From: Capnocytophaga sp.
Lineage (GTDB): Bacteria; Bacteroidota; Bacteroidia; Flavobacteriales; Flavobacteriaceae
DNA: 62,217 nt
Assembly (NCBI GenBank): GCA_030523915.1
Contig: JAUNHN010000001.1
Location: forward strand, 1 to 62,217
Direction: 5' to 3'
Numbering within the stretch: the first letter of the stretch is position 1; every line of letters starts with the position of its first letter. The notes below the pieces were generated by a model, which ran no database searches, had not been told where the DNA came from, and saw nothing but the letters and a program-made list of their open reading frames with translations. Shown here one piece after another: positions 27,048-35,756 of the stretch. A program made the translations under genes and the position numbers.

Positions 27048-28304
27048 ATGGAAAATATACAAACAATAAAACAGCGTTTTGGTATCATAGGAAATGACCC
27101 AAAATTAAACATAGCCATAGAAAATGCAATTCAAGTAGCACCTACGGATATTTCGGTATTGGTAACGGGCGAAAGTGGAGTAGGTAAGGAGGTGATTCCC
27201 AGAATTATACATTCGTTATCTTTGCGAAAGCATGGTAAATATATGGCTTTGAACTGTGGTGGTCTTCCCGAAGGAACTATTGATTCTGAGCTTTTTGGAC
27301 ACGAAAAAGGAGCTTTTACGGGAGCTACTTCCACGCGTAGTGGCTATTTTGAAGAAGCCGATGGAGGAACTATTTTTTTGGATGAAGTAGGGGAGCTACC
27401 ACTAACTACACAAGTACGATTACTTCGGGTGCTTGAAAACGGAGAGTTTATTAAAGTAGGGTCATCAATCGTTCAGAAAACTAATGTTCGTATTGTAGCA
27501 GCGACTAATGTAAATATGTACGAAGCTATAAAAAAAGGACGCTTCCGAGAAGATTTATATTATCGTTTAAGTACGGTGAATATTCATCTACCAGCACTTC
27601 GTGAACGAAAGGATGATATTTATTTGATATTCAGGAAGTTTGCTTCTGATTTTGCAGAAAAATACAAAGCTCCACCAGTTAAACTCACAGATGATGCGGT
27701 GCGTTTATTGGTAAATTATCCTTGGAGGGGAAATATTCGTGAATTGCGAAATGTTGCTGAGAGAGCTTCCATTATTAAGGAAAAAAATAGAGAAATTTCG
27801 GCTTCTGCCTTGCAAAGTTTGTTTGAAAGTCCCTCAACTTTGCCTGCGGTAATAAATACTAACCGTAGTGAAAGTGATTTTAGTAACGAACGTGAAATTC
27901 TCTACAAAGTATTGTTTGATATGAAAAACGATTTGAATGACTTGAAGAAACTAACTTTGGAGTTATTGCAAAATGGTAATTATCAAGAGGTTAAAGAAGA
28001 AAATAAAGGTTTGATACATCGTATATATGGGGAGAATAATCATTCGGTAGAAGTAACCCCAACGGTTTCTATCATTCCTATGGAGCAAGTACAAACATTA
28101 CGCGATACTTCTGATAAAGCAGAACATTATGATTATGAGGAAGATATAGAGGAAGAGCCTTTGTCCTTGCAAGATAAAGAATTAGAGTTGATTATCAAGT
28201 CTTTAGAACGTAATTCGGGTAAGCGGAAAGAAGCGGCTAAGGAACTCGGAATTTCGGAACGAACGCTTTACCGTAAAATTAAGCAATATGATTTGGATTT
28301 ATAA
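27048..28304 (+). CDS. Sigma-54-interacting AAA+ transcriptional regulator with a Fis-type HTH and no sensor domain
   Basis: Walker A GESGVGKE, ELFGHEKGAFTGA, Walker B FLDEVGE, FREDLYYRL, HTH AAKELGISERTLYRKIK. Confidence 0.93.
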   Translation: MENIQTIKQRFGIIGNDPKLNIAIENAIQVAPTDISVLVTGESGVGKEVIPRIIHSLSLRKHGKYMALNCGGLPEGTIDSELFGHEKGAFTGATSTRSGYFEEADGGTIFLDEVGELPLTTQVRLLRVLENGEFIKVGSSIVQKTNVRIVAATNVNMYEAIKKGRFREDLYYRLSTVNIHLPALRERKDDIYLIFRKFASDFAEKYKAPPVKLTDDAVRLLVNYPWRGNIRELRNVAERASIIKEKNREISASALQSLFESPSTLPAVINTNRSESDFSNEREILYKVLFDMKNDLNDLKKLTLELLQNGNYQEVKEENKGLIHRIYGENNHSVEVTPTVSIIPMEQVQTLRDTSDKAEHYDYEEDIEEEPLSLQDKELELIIKSLERNSGKRKEAAKELGISERTLYRKIKQYDLDL

Positions 28305-28345
28305 ATTTACTTCTTTGTAAATAACTGAAATATAGTAAATTATAT

Positions 28346-28413
28346 AAAACTGCTTTTGAAATATATTTCGATTTATGTAAATAATTGATGAAAAATATTT
28401 CAAAAGCAGTTTT
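28346..28413. repeat. 24-bp inverted repeat (1 mismatch, 20-nt spacer); possible terminator or operator
   Basis: AAAACTGCTTTTGAAATATATTTC at 28346-28369 versus GAAAAATATTTCAAAAGCAGTTTT at 28390-28413. Confidence 0.8.
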
Positions 28414-28418
28414 TTACG

Positions 28419-28426
28419 TACCTTTG
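28419..28426 (+). promoter_or_regulatory. -7 element (TACCTTTG) for the PepSY-flavoprotein gene
   Basis: TACCTTTGC ending about 70 nt before ATG 28497. Confidence 0.6.
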
Positions 28427-28496
28427 CCTTTTATATATTTGATTTAAATAAAAATACCAAAAAAGCAAATTTCGTAATATTTTAGAAAAATAAAAA

Positions 28497-30689
28497 ATGA
28501 CCATATCCATTTGGCGTTATGCCCATTTAGCCTTGTCATTGGTGGCATCGGTTTTCGTTTTGATAGCTTCTGTTACAGGAATTATTTTGGCAATAGAGCC
28601 GATATCCAATCAATTAAAACCATTTAAAAGTTCTGATTTTGAAGATGTTACTTTGTCTGAAACTATTTCTGTATTAAAAAATAATTATGCTGAAGTGCTT
28701 ACCCTTGAGGTAGATGATAATCATTTTGTTCAGGTAGAAGTTATTGATAATGAAGAAAATAATTCAGTTTTTTATATTAATCCTAAGACAGGCGAAAAGA
28801 TAGGTGAGCCTTTCAAACGTTCTGAAATATTTAATTTCTCACAAACATTACATCGTTCGCTTTTTATGGGCAAGGTAGGGCGAGCCATTATGGCGATTGC
28901 ATCTTTTCTGTTGATGTTGATTGCTTTTTCAGGTATAGTGCTGATTGTCAGGAAACAAAAGAGTTGGAAACGCTTTTTTAACAAACTCGTTAAAGAGAAA
29001 TTTTTTATTCATTACCACACTTTTTTAGGTAGATTGGCTTTGATACCTATATTTATTATAACATTTACGGGCGTTTATCTTTCGTTGGAAGTTTTTTCGT
29101 TATTGCCTACGTATAAATCGGATATTTCTATTGATAATGAGCTTCTTACGGAAGAACCTCGAAAAGAAATAACTGATTTTGAAGTATTTGCTATTCCGCT
29201 TTCGCAGGTAAAAAAGTTGGAATTCCCTCTATTTGAAGATGTTGAGGAATATTATCGATTGAAATTGATTGATAAAGAGGTAGTTGTAAATCAGTTTACG
29301 GGTGAAATTCTTAGTAAGTCTGACTTTCCTTTTTCACGGATTTTACTGCATTATAGTCATATTTTGCATACGGGTCGAGGCACGATGGTATGGGCGATAG
29401 TGTTGTTTTTATCATGTATTGGAATTTTATTTTTCCTTTATTCAGGTTTTTCAATTACTTTAAAACGCAGAAAATCAAAGATTAAGAATTTATTTAGGAA
29501 AGAAGATTGCTCATATATTATTTTGGTAGGTTCGGAAGGAGGAACTACGCTTGGGTTTGCCAATTTGATTTACAAAGAACTAATTCGACAAGGAAAAAAG
29601 GCGTTTATATCGGAAATGAATGCTTTTTCAGTTTATCCAAAGATGAAACATTTATTAGTGTTTACTTCTACTTATGGTCAAGGAAATGAGCCGATTAACG
29701 CTACAAAATTTAAAGATTTATGGGCTAAAAATGCTATCGAAAAGCCTTTTTCGTATGCTGTAGTAGGTTTTGGTTCGTTAGCATACCCTGATTTTTGCAA
29801 ATATGCTTATCAGGTAGATGAATTATTAAGTCAATCGCTAGTAGGGAAGCCTCTTTTGGAGCTGCATACGGTTAATAATCAGTCATTTGAGTCTTTTTCT
29901 TCGTGGGCAAATAAATGGGCTTCAATGCAAGGAATGAATTTGCAATTATCTGCTGATTTAATTTTGAGAAAAAAACGGAGACAATATTCGTTTAGAGTAA
30001 TTGAAAAAACAGCAATTCAGCACGACGAAACTTTTACCATTACATTACAATCTACTGATAATCTGAATTTTAAATCAGGAGATTTGTTTGGTGTAATTTC
30101 TGAAATAGATAAGCGTGAAAGGCTTTACTCTATAGGAAAACTAACCGATGGTAGTATCTTACTTAGTATAAAACGCCATCAAAAAGGTATAGTTTCTAAT
30201 GCTTTAAATAATTTAAAATCAGGAGATTATATACAAGGAGGGATTCAATCCAATCCAGAATTTCATTTTCCTAAAAAAACAAATCACGTGGTGTGTATAG
30301 CTACTGGAACGGGAATAGCTCCGTTTTTAGGAATGATAGCCAATAATGATAAAAAAGTTCCGTTGACACTCATTTGGGGAGGAAAAACAGAAGTTTCTTT
30401 TGATGTGTATAAACCGCTTATTTCCAGAGGATTATCTGAAAATAAATTGACAGATTTGCATTTGGCATTTTCCCAAGCAGAAAATAAATGTTATGTACAA
30501 GATGTAGTAACTACCCAAGCTAAATTTTTTGCTAATTTATTGAAAAATAATGGAGTAATAATGATTTGTGGTTCGGTAGCGATGCAAAAAGGAGTTACAG
30601 AAGTTCTTGAGGAGATTTGTAAAAAGCATTTGCAAAAGCCATTGAGTTATTTTCAGAACAGAAAACAATTCCGTATGGATTGTTATTAG
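28497..30689 (+). CDS. PepSY-associated TM domain fused to flavodoxin and FNR-like FAD/NAD(P)-binding domains (membrane flavo-oxidoreductase)
   Basis: WRYAHL, LHRSLF, YHTFLG and LHTG (His-bearing TM segments); GSEGGTT, TSTYGQG, GFGSLAYPDFC (flavodoxin); RLYSI, ATGTGIAPF, YVQD, ICGS, terminal DCY (FNR). Confidence 0.88.
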   Translation: MTISIWRYAHLALSLVASVFVLIASVTGIILAIEPISNQLKPFKSSDFEDVTLSETISVLKNNYAEVLTLEVDDNHFVQVEVIDNEENNSVFYINPKTGEKIGEPFKRSEIFNFSQTLHRSLFMGKVGRAIMAIASFLLMLIAFSGIVLIVRKQKSWKRFFNKLVKEKFFIHYHTFLGRLALIPIFIITFTGVYLSLEVFSLLPTYKSDISIDNELLTEEPRKEITDFEVFAIPLSQVKKLEFPLFEDVEEYYRLKLIDKEVVVNQFTGEILSKSDFPFSRILLHYSHILHTGRGTMVWAIVLFLSCIGILFFLYSGFSITLKRRKSKIKNLFRKEDCSYIILVGSEGGTTLGFANLIYKELIRQGKKAFISEMNAFSVYPKMKHLLVFTSTYGQGNEPINATKFKDLWAKNAIEKPFSYAVVGFGSLAYPDFCKYAYQVDELLSQSLVGKPLLELHTVNNQSFESFSSWANKWASMQGMNLQLSADLILRKKRRQYSFRVIEKTAIQHDETFTITLQSTDNLNFKSGDLFGVISEIDKRERLYSIGKLTDGSILLSIKRHQKGIVSNALNNLKSGDYIQGGIQSNPEFHFPKKTNHVVCIATGTGIAPFLGMIANNDKKVPLTLIWGGKTEVSFDVYKPLISRGLSENKLTDLHLAFSQAENKCYVQDVVTTQAKFFANLLKNNGVIMICGSVAMQKGVTEVLEEICKKHLQKPLSYFQNRKQFRMDCY

Positions 30690-31084
30690 TTTAAATATTT
30701 GCTTCTCATTATATATTTTTAAAGATTATTTTTTTGATACAAATCTCTTTTTGTTAGAAATATAGATACTCTTAAAACACAAAACGATTTTTCAACATTT
30801 ATTGTTGAAAACTATATCAAAAATAATTTGCAAAATCTTAAAATTTTCATAATTAACAATATATTTAGAAATCAAATTGTTATATTTTTACATCTAAAAA
30901 ATAATTGCAAAAAGGCTATTTTTCAGATTTTATTTCTGTTAATCATTTGTTTTGAATAATGAATTTCTAAAAAAAATCATTTTATTAGTTTTGTGTTGTG
31001 TGTTATAGAAATCTTTTAAAGGTTAATAATACTTTTTTTAGGAGTCTTTAGGAATAATGCAGTTTTGTATTAAATTTATTTTTG

Positions 31085-31092
31085 TACATTTG
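31085..31092 (+). promoter_or_regulatory. Candidate -7 element (TACATTTG) for the spr operon
   Basis: TAnnTTTG match ending about 45 nt before ATG 31138. Confidence 0.5.
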
Positions 31093-31137
31093 TCTTGATA
31101 AATACGCTTTTTGATATTTAATGGTGTATTTTTTTGA

Positions 31138-34100
31138 ATGTTTAGTAAAGATTTTACAGTAATGAAGACTCGTTTTTTTCATAGCGTTTTAGGTCTATTT
31201 GTATCAATTTTGTTTATACATAACGTATATTCTCAGAAGATAGAGTCTATATCGTTAGGGTTTAGTGATGCTTGTGTTTCAGCTACTTATAATAATTTTA
31301 GTTTGACTTTTAAATGGGCACCACCTTTACCTAATGCTAGTAACCAATATATTATTGAGTTGTCAGATGCAAATGGTGATTTTTCAAACCCAACAATATT
31401 AAAAACAATTACAGATCAGAATACAAATTTTGAAATTTCGACCAATATCCAACTTCCTAATACCGTTTATGGTGATGGGTATAAAATACGTGTGAGTAGT
31501 ACTAATCCTTCTACTTCATTGGTTAGTAATGCTTTCTCGGCATACTATATGAATGTAACTACTCGATTAAAACTTAATAACGATGTTTCTAACTTGGCAC
31601 TTTGTCCAGGACACTCTCAAGAAATTTCAGTAGATAAAAATACAGAAAGGGCTTATCGTTGGTATAAGAATAATGTTCTTATCGCAGGTAATACAGGACC
31701 TTCATTAGTTGTTTCAGAAACAGGAACTTATTATGTAATGGTGGATTATGGGAATTTCTGTTCAGGTTCTTCTAATTCGCGTTCCAATAATGTGGTAGTT
31801 GCCGTGGCTGGTAATACAGGAATGGCTATAACTTCATCTCCTGCCGATGGTAATATATGTAGAGGTCAAAGTGCGACACTAACTGCAAACCGAAAAGACA
31901 ACACCTATATATATAAATGGTATAAAGATAATGTAGTGGTGCAGCAAGGAGCTGGTCTTGATTCATATACTACGCCTTCTGATGATACAGCGGCGGGGAA
32001 ATATTACTTAGGTCTTACAATACCAGGACAAGATTGTGAGGAACGAACCAATGTTATTGAAATCAAATTTAAGGAAGACTTCAATGTATCGGCAACTTTA
32101 TCAGGTAGTGATGTTTTACTACCTGGGGAAACGAGTGTGCTAACATCGCAAACAGACGCTGATAATCCTACTTACCAATGGCTTCTTAATGGAAATGCTA
32201 TATCAGGGGCTACAGCAGCTACTTACACAGCCTCACAACCAGGTGAATATCAAGTGAGAGTAACGCAAGGTGGAAGCTGTTCAGGTTCAGTAACTTCGGA
32301 GAAAATAACGCTTAAAAGCCCAACTAATTTTAATGTAGAAATAAAATACAAATCAGCATCATATCAGGCTTGTTTGTACGATAAAACAGCTTTGACGATT
32401 GAAAAAATAGTAGCTCTTACAGCCGAAGGAGAAATAGTAATGGAGCCGTCAACCTATACGATGTTTAATTTTCAATGGTACAAAGGGGCAGAAGCCGTAA
32501 GTGGAGCAACAGGTACAGAGATAGCATTAGAGAATACTTCACAAAATGGAATATATTCTTTGCAAGTATCGGCTTCAGGTTATACGATTCCGCGTTCTAA
32601 TGAACTTTCGATTCAGCTAATTGACGCAAATGCTATCAAACTCAATGAAGGACGTAGAAGTATTGAGTTTTGTACAGGAACAGCTACATTAACGGCAGTT
32701 CCAGCAGATGCTACGGCTACATATACTTGGTATAAAGATGGGGTACAGGTGTTGCAAGAAGTAGGTAAACACGAATATGGAATCTCACAAACGGGAACCT
32801 ATTATGTTTCAATAGTAAAACAAGGAGAAAGTGGATGTCCTGCAGTATCCAATTCTATTGTAGCTATCAAAGATGATGTAACAGCAGGATGGGCATTACA
32901 AATGCGAGCCAAAGAGGTTTTCATCGAAGGACGAACCTATACGCTTACTATTTCACATACAATGGCAAACCCTACAATCAAGTGGTTCCGAAATGGAACA
33001 GAAATAACTGGACAAACGGGATTGACGTATGTAGTTACACAAGCAGGAAGCTATTATGCAGAGTTAGTGAATGGTGGAACTACTTGCGTGAACGAAAAAC
33101 GTGTAACGCCTACACAATTCTTTATCGAATTGAAAAGTGTAAAACCTACAATTGGGTTTAAAATGAATCAATCGGGAAATTGTGACGGAACAGCCACACA
33201 GACTACGTTAGAACTCCAAAAATTGGAAGGTATTTTGGTAGGAGAAGACCCTATATCACTTAATAGCAGTGATTATGGATTGTTTACATACCAATGGCTT
33301 AAAGATGGAGCCGCTATTTCTGGACAAACAAGTTACGGAGGATTGGTGGTCTTAAATGATGGTTCGGTAGGGGATTATTCGCTACAAGCTGTCTATAAGT
33401 CTGCAATTACAGAATCCAACAAGCTACGAGTTTCATTTGCGTCAGTACCAGATGTATTTGTATTGTCAAGCAGTCCTAACAATACACCGAGGATATGTAC
33501 AGGAGGAGAGGCTGTTTTGACTTCGTCTGTATCATCGGCGGCATATTCGTATCAATGGTATAAGGAAGGTGTTGCTATTGCTGGGGCTATAGAAACCACA
33601 TATAATGCTACAGAGGCAGGGAACTATTATGTTGAGGTTTCTAATGGGTCTTGTACTAAAAAATCTACTGTTGTTTCTGTGGATTATTTAACTTCGGATA
33701 GTGTGAAAATGATACGTTTAGATAATAACACACGAATAGCCGACGGAGCTGTTTTTTCAGCTAATAGAGGTTTGGAGGTAAGTGTGCAAGATAGTTCTAC
33801 GGATTTTGATTATTATTGGAATTCTCCAATCCGTCAAACCTATGGCAGTACAGTTACTATAACCGAAGCAGGAACTTATACCTTAACAGTAACAACAGGA
33901 GGTAATTGTGCACCGATAATCCTCTCCTTTACTGTAAAAAATATATATGAAATTAATCAAATACCGAATGTAGTAACTCCTAATGGAGATGGGTATAATG
34001 ATTTCTGGGAGATTCCAAGTGAATACGTAAATAAAAATAATGTAAGAATAAAAATATATTCTCAAGAAGGAAAAACAATGTTCGACGGAGCAAACTATGA

Positions 34101-34221
34101 TAACAGATGGCCTAATGCAAATACGTTCAAAGATTTAGGTAAAAGGTCATTACTATACCTATATATTATAGAAGTAGACGGAAAAGTTGAAAAAAGAGGA
34201 GTTATCACAGTATTTAAATAA
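31138..34221 (+). CDS. sprC: SprC-like T9SS substrate: tandem Ig-like domains and a type B CTD
   Basis: Signal peptide; IIELSDANGDFSNPT; repeated YxWYKDG...GxYxV Ig units; IPNVVTPNGDGYNDFW type B CTD; first gene of an sprC-sprD-sprB arrangement. Confidence 0.75.
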   Translation: MFSKDFTVMKTRFFHSVLGLFVSILFIHNVYSQKIESISLGFSDACVSATYNNFSLTFKWAPPLPNASNQYIIELSDANGDFSNPTILKTITDQNTNFEISTNIQLPNTVYGDGYKIRVSSTNPSTSLVSNAFSAYYMNVTTRLKLNNDVSNLALCPGHSQEISVDKNTERAYRWYKNNVLIAGNTGPSLVVSETGTYYVMVDYGNFCSGSSNSRSNNVVVAVAGNTGMAITSSPADGNICRGQSATLTANRKDNTYIYKWYKDNVVVQQGAGLDSYTTPSDDTAAGKYYLGLTIPGQDCEERTNVIEIKFKEDFNVSATLSGSDVLLPGETSVLTSQTDADNPTYQWLLNGNAISGATAATYTASQPGEYQVRVTQGGSCSGSVTSEKITLKSPTNFNVEIKYKSASYQACLYDKTALTIEKIVALTAEGEIVMEPSTYTMFNFQWYKGAEAVSGATGTEIALENTSQNGIYSLQVSASGYTIPRSNELSIQLIDANAIKLNEGRRSIEFCTGTATLTAVPADATATYTWYKDGVQVLQEVGKHEYGISQTGTYYVSIVKQGESGCPAVSNSIVAIKDDVTAGWALQMRAKEVFIEGRTYTLTISHTMANPTIKWFRNGTEITGQTGLTYVVTQAGSYYAELVNGGTTCVNEKRVTPTQFFIELKSVKPTIGFKMNQSGNCDGTATQTTLELQKLEGILVGEDPISLNSSDYGLFTYQWLKDGAAISGQTSYGGLVVLNDGSVGDYSLQAVYKSAITESNKLRVSFASVPDVFVLSSSPNNTPRICTGGEAVLTSSVSSAAYSYQWYKEGVAIAGAIETTYNATEAGNYYVEVSNGSCTKKSTVVSVDYLTSDSVKMIRLDNNTRIADGAVFSANRGLEVSVQDSSTDFDYYWNSPIRQTYGSTVTITEAGTYTLTVTTGGNCAPIILSFTVKNIYEINQIPNVVTPNGDGYNDFWEIPSEYVNKNNVRIKIYSQEGKTMFDGANYDNRWPNANTFKDLGKRSLLYLYIIEVDGKVEKRGVITVFK

Positions 34222-34262
34222 ATTCGACTAAAAAATAAATTTTTTAGTTAATAAGAGAGATT

Positions 34263-35654
34263 ATGACAAAAAGAAGTACCATATTAATCATTTTTACTTT
34301 TTTTCTGCAGTTTGCAATAGCACAACAAGAAACGTATTATTTACCTTATGAGATGCCAGGACATACAGCGGTAAAGTTCAATTCGTTTTTGATGAATCCA
34401 GCGTTGCCCGTTTTAGGACAAAGGGAATCACATATAGCGTTGTATCACAGAAATCAGTGGATGAATTTTGAAAATAATTTAAAAATTTATATGGGAACTT
34501 ATGGTAGAAAATGGTCAGACCAAGAGATGTTTCACGTAATGATTTTCCAAAAAAAGGCGGGAGTCTTTACAAACTATGGAATTTTGGGCAATTACATTCA
34601 TCAAATAGAATTCTCGGAGGATAATTTTTTACGATTAGGCGTAAATGCAAGTTTTGGGCTTACAGGAGTTTCTAAAAGTGATATAGTGGTAAATAACCCA
34701 GGAGACCCAATCTTTGACAATATCTCAAATACAGGAATTTTTAATATTCAGCCAGGGTTTGATGTTAATTTTGGTAAAGTTCATTTTGGTGTAGTAGCAG
34801 AAAATTTGATAGATTATGCTATTTCGGCGGGAGAAATGGCGGTTCCGTTTAATGAAAAATCGTTTGTTGGACACGTGATGTATCGCCAGACGATGCCAAG
34901 TGCTTCGGGTGTTTTAGAAGAAGCAACTTTGTCTTTAATGGCGAGGGCGAGAAAAAGTTCGGAAAACTTTCAGTTTGGAGGACACGCCATACTTGATATG
35001 CCACTAATAGGTTGGCTTTATGGAGGATATGACAGAAAATATGGAGTTTTTGGAGGGTTGGGCTTTAATGTAACCTCTCATTTTAGTGCAAGTTTTGGCT
35101 ATGAGCAAGGAATAGGTTCTTATGTAAACAATTTAGGAGGGACTTATGAAGTTACTTTGGTATATCAATACGGAGGTAAGCGACATGCCGAAGCAAGAGA
35201 GTTAGCCATAGCTAAAAAAGCGAAAGAAGCTGAAATAGAAAGAAAGAAAATAGAAGAAACTAAGCCAGAGACAGTAACAGATTCAGTGCCAAAACAAGAG
35301 GTAGCACAAACGCCTCCTCCTACGGTAACACAACCACCTAAAGACCCCGTACGAACCTTGCAAGAGAGAATCAGTGTACAAGAGCATAAGATAGCAAGTG
35401 ATAAAATTTCGTATGGGTATTATGTAGTGGCAGGGGTATTCCGAAACCCGAAAGGTGCTTACCAGCGATTGCAAGACATACGGGCTTTGGGGATAACAGC
35501 TAACGCATTTTTACACCCTCAAAATGGAATGACGTATGTGTATTTCAATCAGTCGTATGACTCAAAAGAAGAAGCAGGAGCATTGATGAGTAAGATGCTC
35601 AAACGGCGTGAATTTTCAGATATTAACATTTGGATAATGCAAGTTACCAAATAA
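34263..35654 (+). CDS. sprD: PorP/SprF-family beta-barrel with a Pro/Thr linker and a C-terminal SPOR-like domain (SprD position)
   Basis: FNSFLMNPA, YHRNQW and GGTYEVTLVYQY (PorP/SprF barrel); YYVVAGVFRNP...IWIM (SPOR-like); lies between sprC and sprB. Confidence 0.72.
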   Translation: MTKRSTILIIFTFFLQFAIAQQETYYLPYEMPGHTAVKFNSFLMNPALPVLGQRESHIALYHRNQWMNFENNLKIYMGTYGRKWSDQEMFHVMIFQKKAGVFTNYGILGNYIHQIEFSEDNFLRLGVNASFGLTGVSKSDIVVNNPGDPIFDNISNTGIFNIQPGFDVNFGKVHFGVVAENLIDYAISAGEMAVPFNEKSFVGHVMYRQTMPSASGVLEEATLSLMARARKSSENFQFGGHAILDMPLIGWLYGGYDRKYGVFGGLGFNVTSHFSASFGYEQGIGSYVNNLGGTYEVTLVYQYGGKRHAEARELAIAKKAKEAEIERKKIEETKPETVTDSVPKQEVAQTPPPTVTQPPKDPVRTLQERISVQEHKIASDKISYGYYVVAGVFRNPKGAYQRLQDIRALGITANAFLHPQNGMTYVYFNQSYDSKEEAGALMSKMLKRREFSDINIWIMQVTK

Positions 35655-35756
35655 TAAAGATAAAGAAAATTAAAAATAAAAATATATAAATGATTGACTT
35701 TTTCATTCGTTTATAGTGAGAGAACCAATTATATTAAATACTAATAATCAACTTTT

